NCBI RefSeq assembly: GCF_052425735.1
Contig: NC_135760.1
Location: forward strand, 29,512,001 to 29,576,000
Source: Oculina patagonica
Taxonomy: Eukaryota
Length of the DNA stretch: 64,000 nt
Direction of reading: 5' to 3'
A model generated the notes under the pieces. That model was not told where the DNA came from, did no database searches, and worked only from the letters and a program-made list of their open reading frames with translations. Made by a program: the position numbers and the translations under genes. Below, in pieces: positions 26,658 to 38,600 of the stretch (its first letter is position 1; the number at the start of each line of letters is the position of its first letter).

Positions 26658-29600
26658 AGTCTCTACGCTTAACATATCAATAACTTGATAATATTCTGTG
26701 AGGTAGTTGGCAAGGAAATAAGGAATAGCGGGAGGGGGTGTAATGACGAGGATAACTTCTGTTGTTAGCAGACAGAAGGGTCTATAACCAGTGGGAGCTA
26801 TAACTGAGGAGCAGGAGGGCATTTTGCGTGCGCATGCGTCGATATGGACTAGTGCGCACGACAGAGAAGTTCTGCTATCGATTGTTTACATATTTTCCAC
26901 AATTTATGGCCTAATTTCTAGCTCAAAATGAAACGTGTTTTAAGTTTTACTTGCTGTATACAATACTAAGAGTCCTTGCTTTATCTTCTGACAACAACAA
27001 GCAAAGTTTGGTGTCGGCGTGCTGTTTATCTGATCGACTTTGGCTATGTGTATTAAACATTGCACGTGGACAAAATGGCGACCGAATGTCGAGAACCTAA
27101 ATACCTTGCCCATGTTTTTAATAGCCGGAAGATCTAAACGGACAAAGCGCTACGGCTACTTAGTACTAAAGTATAAAACAGCAATTTTAACTATACGATG
27201 TTATAATCAAGTATCCCGGGTTTGAGCGAGTGGTCATGATTTTGTTCAGATTTGTCATAAAACTACAATTTAGTGGTTCTCACAAAGCAAAAATCTCAAA
27301 ATCTAGCCTTGATCTCCAGCGTCTACCGATGATATATGGAGCCTGAAGTACTTAAACTATCGTCTAATGCTGCGAAGGTAGCGTTAAAAAATGGTCAATT
27401 GTGGAAATTTTTAGCTTTCTTTAACGTACGTTCTCGCTGGTTTATCCTAACAGAGAAACTATCGTTTGTGATTATTTCCTTAAACGTGAGCATTGGTCAA
27501 AATAACTTCACATTTCGATGATACCACAATTATTCTGTTGAACAAGAAAATAATTACTGCGATCGGTCTTAATTTTAAAGTGTTATGGTAATTCTTTGCT
27601 GGTAGACTATTTGTTTACATTTTACTATGTTAATTAGTACATTTTTGGCTCCTTTATCAAAATCTAGCCTTGATCACCAGTCAAAAAATAGCATGAAACG
27701 AACAAGCTATATATATATTTTTCAGAAACGTTTTAATAACTGCTGTATAAAATGTCTTAAGAAATAATTTTTAACTATAAACAATGTTATTTTCAATTTT
27801 TCATTCAACGTTTATTTCATTAAGTTTGATGTTTATTTTGTTATAACGGCTGTTTTACTTCTGTGTCGCCTAAATGTGTTTTAAAGAACTGCAGTTCTTG
27901 TTCCAGGAAACCCTGTAGCCAGTCGAGGGCAAGTTGGCTTTGCTTTGGAGTCATCAGTGAGCTGCATTATCATGTGCAGAACACCCAAACATGTCGTTCC
28001 CCTCAGGGAAAACCCTTTTCTTTGGTGGCCGTCCCTTTAGGCAAAAAATCACCCGACAAGCTATAATATTGCTCGCACTCTGCCTGTATTACAGCAATTG
28101 ATTTGATGTGAAGTTTTGATCCTAATATATCACACTCCAGCACACGGATAAATGTTTTCCTCTTTTTACGGCCTGTTTAATTTTTGTCGGTGAAGGCTTT
28201 CCTACCTGTCCCACATATTTTTCCATTATTTGCAACAACGATCCCGAAGCTGGCCAGAAAATCTGCTTTATAAGAGCCTTGCCACACACAAAACACTTTT
28301 TCTTAGCGAAATTTAGGCCTATATTAAATTATGTGACGATAAACAGTACAAAAAACAAAGTTTGAATCTTCCGCGCCATTTTTATTCCCAAGATCACGCG
28401 GTCTTTGTACAGCGGTTGCACGCATGCGCACGCAAAATGCCCTCCTGCTTAACTGAGGGGACTTTAAACTGGTTTTTACACTGTGTACTGTTTTGAAAGA
28501 AACACATCCCTGAGAGGTTTCCTGCAGGGGTGAATATGACAAAAAACCGTTATAAAGGCTACAAAATATAACTTTTAGTTCAATTGTGTGTAAAATGCTC
28601 TTAAATATTTTTAACAAAGTGAAAGGTCAAGCACTCCAGTGCCCTCCAGTAGACTCTTTTGGAAAACGGTTTGGTATCCAACCCATAAAATGGCAAATAC
28701 CCAATTTAGCTTAATTTATACTGCCCGGCCCCCACCCACTTTCAGATAACAATTTCAAAATGACATTAATTTTGTAGAACATCTAGAACATTTCATTACA
28801 CACCACATTTGCGACATCAGGATCAGCTCCATATTCTAACAGTTGTTCAACAGCATCCAGCTGGCCCTGACAAGCAGCAAATGAGAGTGCTGTCTCTCCA
28901 GTTGGACTACATACAGTGGCATCTGCACCACTCTTAAGCAACACTGTTATGGTTGCTTTCTAAAATGCAAAACAAGCAAGATGGAGTATATGTTAATTGG
29001 ATCACACATTCACAAGTGCCAGATGGTTAAAGTAAAACCTTGCATTGTAGGTGATGAGATGAAACAATTTATTTTTCAGAAGCCGGTGGAGATTATTGCA
29101 CCTATCAGTGACATCTCTATTTTATGTATTGTCCTGGAATGTTTAAAAATTCCTTTGTTAATTTCCAAATATTTTGTTATCAGCAGTTTTTTTTTCAGCC
29201 TTGCAAAATCTCTTTAAAATCTAACTGATGACTGGTTCGCTAGAAATCACCCCAGTTCCAGGTAGGACAATAAAACTTGACCCAATCGCAACTCTTTGAT
29301 CAACCTGTGCACACGCAGCATTTTTGTTTTTCTCAAAGCCTTGAGCGTGCACACTTGGACTCCTGTTAGCATTCATGTTGAATCTAAAGAACGTGCAGAA
29401 ACTGTATACAGCCACCTTAATCAGATCTTCTAACATGTCAAAGGCTTCTAAAGTTTTTAAGACAATATTATTCTTTAAAAGAATAATATTGTCTTAAAAA
29501 CTTTAGAAGCCACTGAAATGTGATTGATGATAAAGTATATATAAATGCAGCTGTTTGCTGAGAATTGAACTTAAGGGGTTCACAGGTTATTGAAAGGTAC

Positions 29601-32600
29601 AGGAAAGAGAATGAGCAAATGAATGTGTCCAAGTTTTTTTAAATTGGGAGGTAATGAGATAAGCAGTGACATTTTGTATGTGTATGTGTACACAAAATCC
29701 AAAAAAACTATACCGACCTGTCTGTGTGCTGCTGCCCAAGCAAGGGGTGTCAGACCTGTTTTATCCACAGTATTAACATCTGTTCCTACAAAACACGAGG
29801 AAAATACTGACTGAGGTGTTTGAATTACAGACCCTGGCCTTTGGTAACAGTATACATTTCAGGGGACATGGCCTTGTGGGGGTTGGGGGGTGGCATCCCC
29901 TATAAAGATTTTGTGGCTGCTCATCAGAAAATTTCAAAAACACCCCTAAAAGGTAACACGAGGACCTCATTTTGTGGGGTGTCCCAAAACCATTTTCACC
30001 ATAAGAGGTACCAATAATAAAATAACAAATTAAGTGACACAGGCAATTTGATGACTGGATGACTGTTTTCGAGTAGATAATTCAGGACTAAAAAGTCATT
30101 CGTATAACAAATACAGTTACTGCTCCCATCATTTTTTAGATCAATACCCTTGAAGGCCCATTAGAGGTACTGCGACAACTGTAGCAGCGTTTTAGGAATA
30201 CGCATCCTTAGCAGTACCAATCAAAAATTTTAACCCCTAAAAGGTATGACAACCACCCCTGTTAATTTTATAGGGGAGTTCCCCCCAGAAGGGGGGCATG
30301 GCTCCTGATGAGTGAACATTGACATTGGCCAGCCAAGTTAGCCACATCCAAGACGGAAATCATTCTTGAAAACTTAAGCTCCTGTTCATAATTTAATTTA
30401 ATGATATTAACTTTAGTTAATTTAGGTTAATGAATAAATGTACAATCGCCAGCGTATTATATTTCACGATCACATTCGCGTCGATCGCTACATCGTGTTA
30501 GGCTAGTTTCGTTTTCTCTCGTTTGTATTTTCACATTTACGATGCCCGGTGGCAAAGCAAAACGAAAATCCAAGTGTCCTGGCTGCCACACAGCCCACTC
30601 TCAACATTACTTCGGACCGCCAGGCCCTCAGTGTTCCGGCGAACAAGAAAGTGAACAAGACGGGGAAGATATTCAGGGCGCCATGGCGGATCCGCCCCAT
30701 AAAAGCCCCAAAACCACAGCCAAAACCGAGGATATTTCTGCACTCCTGTCCGCGGTTCGAAGTTTATCAGACCAAGTACACGACTTGGCCCTGGACAACA
30801 AAGCGATCAAAGACCAGCTGGCACAACAACAGATTACAGAGCCAAAAGTCAACCCAACGAGTCCGGCGCCCAAAGATGCGTCTATTCCTGTCTCCAACAA
30901 CCTCGCCGCCGCTGCACAGGATCGCTCACGTACCAAGCTTGTCGAAGCCATCACTTGAGGTAAGTTCGTTCACTTTATCGAGCTTCTTCGCCTCGAGGGA
31001 GATTTGCATGCGAGCGAAGGTCAGCAAGTGATTATCACGCCCGAAGGCCAACTGTTTACAAAACGTGCTCGACCCCAACGCGACATTTCCTCGTTCGACT
31101 TATGGCTCGCCGCTTGGTTCCAGTTCGAAAAGATTCTGGTAAACGTACACCCTAACCGCTACTCTGAGCTTTGTGCCTATCGTGAAGTCATTCATGCCGC
31201 CAGTAGGAAATTCCGCTGGTCCTCTGTTTACTCCTATGATGTCCGTTTCCGCACGAAACTCGCGAATGGAGAAATCGCCCGCTTCGATCAGCTGGATCAA
31301 ACACTTTATACCACCATCCTCGATGCTACAGCCCTCCGCTCTGACGCCAGGCAGTGCGCTCGCTGTAAAGGATACGACCATTTGGCCCGCGAGTGTCCTT
31401 TTCGTTCGCAATCCGCGTTGGAAAAAACAAAGGAGACGCCGACGCAGGAGGCCTGGAAACGAGAACAATGGTTCCACGATGGAAAGGAGGGATGTAATCT
31501 CTTCCAGCGCAATTCCTGCTATTTTGGAAACGCCTGCCGACGGGCACACGTCTGCAAAAGCTGCAAAGGTAATCACCCCTTGGCAGATTGCTCTGTCGCT
31601 ACCTAAGCTCTGGTCCCCGTTCCACGTAGCCACCTGGAGGGAAGCGTTACGAAATCACCCTGATCGTCATTTCGTGGACGGACTCCTTCACGACATTGAC
31701 AACGGTGTGGCACTTGGCTACGAGGGACCAAAAATTTCGCAGTGCCACACGAATCATTTATCTGCGACTACGAACAGTCACTCTGTGATTCATGAACTCT
31801 CACGTGAACTTAACATGTACAGAAAAGCCGGGCCTTTTCTGACACCTCCCTTTCCTGATTTTGTGGGTTCGCCACTGGGTGCAATTCCGAAGAAACACTC
31901 GAATCCTCCACGTTACCGTCTAATTCATGATTTATCGTGGCCTGCGGGCCGATCAGTTAATGACTTTATCCCGCCGGATAAATTTACTTGTCAATACGAC
32001 ACCCTTGACCGCGCCATCTCCTTTATCAAACAAGCCGGTCCAGCAGCACAAATGGCTAAACTAGATTTGTCGGACGCGTATCGTCACATTCTCGTTCGCC
32101 CTCAAGACTGGCCTTTACTAGGCTTTACCTGGCCCATATTTGTGGATGGGTCTTTACGTACGGGATACTTCTTCGACATGTTCCTCCCCTTTGGCGGTCG
32201 CAGTGCTCCGGCACTCTTCCTTCGTTACGCGGACGCTCTTGCCTTCGTCATGGCGGACAGAGGTGCCTCCACAGTTTGGCACTACCTCGATGACTTTTTT
32301 ACATGCGGCCCCGCCTCCCCCTCCAACCAATGTCGACACAACCTAGATGTCATGGTTTCTTCCTGTCAATTACTAAACTTCACACTAAACCAAGACAAAC
32401 TCGTCCATCCGACAACCTGTCTTACCCTCCTAGGCATCGAGCTGGACTCTGTTGAATGCGTTGCCAGAATTGACGCCACACGGTTGGCCGAAATCCTTGA
32501 TCTAGTATGCTATTGGTCAACTCGTACAAAAATCACCAAACGGGAACTGCAGTCCCTGCTGGGGAAACTAAACTTCGTCTGCAACGTTTGTCGTCCTGGA

Positions 32601-35600
32601 CGGACCTTTCTATCACGCATGCTAAACCTTTTGTCTAGGGTACATCAACCCCACCATCATGTATGTCTCACCAACGCGTTCAAAAAAGACTTAAAGTGGT
32701 GGGAGTTGTTTCTCCCAACGTGGAATGGTAAGAACTTCTTCTTCGACGACCACTGGAGCAGTAACACTCTGTTGGAATTCTACACCGATGCCAGCAATCA
32801 GGCATTCGGGGCTTACTTCCAAGGGGCGTCCCTTAAGAAAAAGTCTACCCTGTAGAAACCCTGTGGCAGCCCAGTAAAATCCTGTTTCCAGCCCTCTTTA
32901 GTTATTTACAAGGCTGAAAACTAGACGTGGCAGGGTTGTAGCAGGGCTGCAACATAACCTGAGTTAAGACAAGCAGAGCTGTGACAGGGCTGTAAAGATT
33001 AAAAGCAAAGTACAACAGGGCAGAAACAGGGTTGTAACATGACTGGGAAGATATACATGCATAACAACAGGGTTTAAACAGGGCTGCCAAGTCATACATA
33101 GACAGTAGAACAGGGTTGCTAAATGGCTGTAAGTTATAACACTGCACAATAACAAGCAGGGCTGTGTTGTAAGTGGGTTCTAGCAGGGCTGTGAAATTTA
33201 TTAAAGGGATTTAAGCTAAAAAAAAGAAAAGAGCATAATGATCGTTCTTATAAACAAGTCGTGGCATAAAAGCTTGATAAGTCTCACATCCGTGTACACA
33301 TGCATCTGCTCGGTTAGCGACTTGCTTGAGGGCCGACAAGTAAGTTAACGCAAATCAAACACATGACCGAAAAGTTTAAAAAACCAATTTTGTTTGTATT
33401 GGCAACATAGCAATGACAAGTTAAAACTTATAAAAAACAGCAAAAAGAAAAATGTTTAAGCTAATTAACATAGCTGAACACGGCTATCAAAGTTTCATTA
33501 TTTAATTTAGTGTTTCTGTAAATATCGATTGCTTCCACAAGTTCTGTACCCTTTGTCGTATGAAATTCAGAGGGTCTTTGTCAAACGTAAAAGTTAAATG
33601 ATAAAATAGAACCTCTCTTCAGCTTACCATTTACTAAGTATTCCTTATTCCGGTATCATTTATAGGATCGCTGTTCCCAATCATCCATTGAACCGGGATT
33701 GAAGAGTGTGATAAGCGATACTTGCGTCGATGAAATAATTTCCAGTGCCTTCGTTAATTCTTAATTTGATTCCTATGAAAACTATAGCTTTCAAATTTAT
33801 AGAAATATCATTAAAGTTCGGATTATTTTGCAGCTGAAGTGCTTCCATGTCCGCTGCAAAAAGAAACACACATCAAGGACGGTATTTTGCTTTGCTCAGT
33901 GCTAGTCTCTCAGCGGTCAACCTGGAAGTGAGGTTGTCACGTCACACAGCGAAATTTCCTTTGGGTTCATCACGCAATCTTTCATCCTGCGGTCATTTTT
34001 GCAGAAACCTTCTTGCAATTTTTACCGGATTTTTTTTTAGAACGGTTACAGTTAATAGACGTCTTAATTTGGAAGAATTATACAAACACCGTGCAAGCTA
34101 GGCGACAGAATTGGCGACAGAAACGTCAACAGAGTAACCAGCTTCTTGTTTTTGCCCGGTACCCGGGTACCCTGAGTAGTTTTGACTTCTCGACCCAGAT
34201 TTCCCTCGGGATGAGATCCATCCAAAATGGCGGCTCGTTCATTGGAGATCGCTTTGTAGACCATTGTAGGAAATAACAGATCGATTTGGAAATAGCATGC
34301 CGATTAAGTTTACAGGATGTTGTCAATTCAAGGAAGAGAAGACCGTGGTGATAGTATTAAAGCTAAGTTGAAGATTTTATTGATCGTTTTACCAAGGTTG
34401 CACATCGTTCGTGATCTGATTCTGTTATTGTTCCCATCGAGTACACCTGAAGCTATTTGATTAGGCGCAGAGAACGTCTGTACTTTTCGATGTCTTGTAA
34501 AGTTTTAATCTTTTCCCATTTATATCTCTTATTGATTCAAGCGTTGAAGAGTATAGAAGTTTATGTAGTATATATAGTCAAAATAAAACTGCAGCGTTTC
34601 TAGCTTGTTTTAAACATGATTAAATAAACTTAATGATATAAGCTTATGTTCACTGTACAATTTTAAAGCCAAGCAGACAAACAATCATCAAGACATGGAA
34701 ATTGATTTCTGTAGCTTTTAAAAATAATTATTGTCTTAATATTTTCTGTTCCAGAAAACTTTTCAAAAGACAGCCACAAGGCAGGAAGCTCGTGATCCTG
34801 ATTTTGACCTAACAAAAGACACAGAAAGTAGTAACTCTGATCTTGTAAGTCGTTTGTTTAAAATTCTACTTAATGTCACATCAAAGTTTGCCTTTATTAC
34901 CTGGTATTAATTTATGTGCAATAAAAAGCTGAGATTGGCAAAGAACAGTTGGATACCATTATTTACTCCTAAATCTATTGATAAATTATTAGAAATGTAC
35001 TTTTGACTGTAACAAAATTGCAAGGTCAAATTATAGCACATCCTAAGTGTAAAAACCTTCAAAATCACCAGTTACTTAAAAAAGTAAGGACCTGGAAGAC
35101 AAAGAACTCAAAACAACGTAGAACAGGAAAACACGCGCGGGCGGGGGGGGGCGGGGGGGGGGGGGGGGGGCCGGGGCGGGGGGGGCGGGGGGGGGGGAGA
35201 CGGGAAGGGCGCGCGGGGAGGAGGAGGAGGGGCGGCCCAAACACACGGAAAAAGGAAACTATGTCACAGTTTCTTACAACAAACTAAACCTCAAATTATG
35301 TAGTATACGAGCTAAAGAGATTTGAAATTCCTCAAGTGAAAAAGAATGCTTCCAAGATTCATCAAGGCATGCAATGTTTTTTATGAAAGATGAGGGGAAC
35401 CTGATTCTTTCCTCTTCAAATTAAACATCTATTTCAATTTCTGCTTTTTTTCAGGATGATGACATTGAAGAGAAGACAAATGAAGTTGCCCACTACACTA
35501 AAAATAAACATATAAGTGATTACGAGAAACAAAACTTAAGAAATATTCGACAAAATCAAGAGAAGATCAAGGAACTTGAGCTAAACATTTTGGTAAGTAT

Positions 35601-38600
35601 TATAGTTAAAGCACATTTAGACAAAAGTATATACATCATATAGTATCTATAACCACTCTTTATTTTACATGGGAAACTGGTTCCTGAGAAAAAGGAGAAA
35701 TCCAAATTTTGCAATATGAAGCAAATGGTCTCTCTTTTATCAATGTAGGGGAAACCTGGAAGTCAACTCTCTGCTCCAAAGAAAAAACCTGAAAAGCCAC
35801 AACTAGCTAAAGCTGCCACTGTAAGTAATTTTCATACATTAATACTAGAACACAGTCATGTATTATAAATAATAGCGAAAGTATGTTCCTTTTTTAAGTT
35901 GTAGACTTTATATTGGTTTTTATGTTGACAGAAATGCTTGAAATGTGATTTAACTTTTTGGTGACTTAAATCTGAACAATTAATGATCATACCTGTCCAG
36001 CACAATAACAAATTAAGAACATTTCAATCTATTTAAAGTGTCAATTTTCCTTAATAATCAGACATAATTATAGTATTGCCAGAGTGTGCACTGTCAAATG
36101 AATACAAAACTGTTTTGTAACAATTTGACACTTACCAGCAATTTTTCGCAGAAAAGTTTTGGATTTTGAAGGCAAGTGCGTGAGGGATTCCTAGTTGAAA
36201 GCAGGCAATGGCAATTTTTACTTTTTCTCTTGATTACATATCCAGATAAGGTAATATGTTGTCCTGTTCATTCTGTTAGGAACCAGCCAATACCTTAAGT
36301 CCAGGCACTTCAAGGAATTCTCCCACACAAGTGAGTTTCACCAAAAACTGCTCTTGTGTTTATGTTATTAATTTCCTTCATTTTTAAAATTTATACTTCC
36401 TCCTTTGCATTAACTTCCTTAATTCAGGAGTAAATTTTTTTCCAATTTGCATTACTGACTAAGTCACATTAATTTCAAATACCTTGATCAAATTTTATTT
36501 TCCTTTGATAAAGTTAACAACTGTATTTACTTTCAATCCACAGCCACATTCTCAAGCAGCTAGTTCAGACTCACAGCAGTCTCCTGCTGGGAATGTCACC
36601 ATCATGAAGGTTAGAAACTACTTTTAATATATATATTTTTAGCAGCTCAGTCGGCCGAAGCAGTGGGTAGGAAGAGGGGTCACACAAAGAGCACAGACAA
36701 AGAGAGGAAGCGACGAGGGAGAAGAAGGAGGGAGGGGACCCGAAACGCAACGCCCGCCGCACCGCCGCCGGAGCAGGCCCACCACTGATCGTCATCGAGC
36801 GACGTGGAGAGGCAGCAGACAGAGAGAAGAGTGGCGCATCCGCGGGGAGGAGGGGCAGGGGCAAGAGCGCAGCCCCCGCGACCGGGGCCACGCACGGAAG
36901 CACCGGCGAGCCGACGCCGAAACGGCCGCGAAAAAGGCAGCACCGAAGGGGAGCACGACGAGACACCGCAACGCCACCGCGCGACCCGCCCCCGACGCCA
37001 CCGGCGGGAGAGCCGCCGGACGCCGGGGGGACCCGAGCGGGGGGCGGGGCGAGAGACGGGGGAGGGGACGAACCGAGAGGCTATGGACGGGCGAGAACAA
37101 GGGTTCGTGTTCGTCGAAAACAGAGGTCTCGTCAAGGAGAACAACAGAGTGGGAGCAGCAGGCGTGCCAGCGCCCCGCCAGAGAGGGGAGGAGGAGCCCG
37201 AGGGCAGCAGGAAAGTGAGGGGCCGCAAGCCAACCAGGCAACACCCAACAGGACAACACCCAGCACCCCAAGCCACCCCAAAGAAAAACTCCTGCACGCT
37301 TAGCGTGCCTATGTTTTGCTTAGTCATCATTACATGTTAGACAAGTAGCTTTGTAAAATAAGTACTTCAATGTACAGTTGCACTAATCAAAGCAAGAGAA
37401 TATGTTACCTGAGTCACTCTTACGCAGTAAGTTCCCTTAACACATTCGCAAAGCTTGCTTGCTATCCCTGGTCTAAAATATGAGCTGTGAATATTGCATT
37501 CTTTCCTTGCTCTGATTCTAGTTGCTGTGACTGTTTATATTTTACTTTGAATAATTATAGTAGTGATTTTGATTTTCATTTCCTTCTTTCTCATTTTTAA
37601 GAGTGAAGTTAAACTTGTGGAGCTGGTCTCAGGAATGGGAATTTTTCTCAGGGCAGACAAGCTCTCCTTGGCAATAGAAAAATCGAAGGAGATACCAACA
37701 AGGCTCCTTCGTACATTAATGGACATGTTTTTTACCCCAGAAGTAATGGCTGGAAGTACTGCCAAGGGCAGTTTAAAAAGAGGGCTTGATGCTCTGGACC
37801 CTCAAACAATGGAAGCTTTATACCGTGAGTATTGTTACTACTATTTTCTTTTCATTTTTATACCTGCCAACTCTCACGCCTTCGCCTGCGAGGTGAAAAC
37901 TTCGATCTCATGCCAACTCACGCTTACGCACCAATTTCTCACGCCTAGTCAATGTACTGGGATTGGGATATGTTCGCAACATCTTCGGAATCGCAACATC
38001 TTGGACGTCTTCGGAAAACTTCGTACATTTTCTTATTGGCTTCGGAAATCCTGCCACTCTCAGGATAAAAATCTCACGCCTTTGACCCAGAAAAAGTTGG
38101 CATGCAGGTATACATTATAAAAAAGGCCAAGTAAAAAAATGAAAAGATTAGTATTAAGCATTCAACACATATATATGTATAGAATGCATATGTATGTATT
38201 GACATTATTTAGTTGGGCTGAAATGGAGTCCTCTAATACCATACCACCCTCATGTATACCATTTTTAAGCCTTGTCTAAAATTGCAAGACATTTAATTTA
38301 ACCTTTACTCAATCTACATCCAACTTTTACAATCATGCAAAGCTCATATAAATATATCTAATTATCTCCACAGGATTTGTCATTGCTAAACACCCCGGAA
38401 AGACGATTTACAAGGAGTTGGTGAATGAGGCAAATGATAAATGTTACAGTTACAGAAGGAAACAAAAACAGAGCAAATGACATTTTGAAACTGACCTCAG
38501 TATACATTAAACTCCACAGAACTAATTATAATCACACATTTCTAGATATTTCCAGCTCTTTTTGGCCATAATTTGTTAAGAAAGCTATTTTAATAATATT

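Noticed and set aside
31100-31633. Antisense ORFs within the Ngaro element (also 39498-39878, 40198-40506)
   Set aside because: Shadow ORFs of GC-richer coding sequence with no recognisable motifs
36571-37340. Long overlapping ORFs (131-216 aa) on both strands
   Set aside because: They result from T depletion and GC richness (few stop codons are possible) and are not credible proteins
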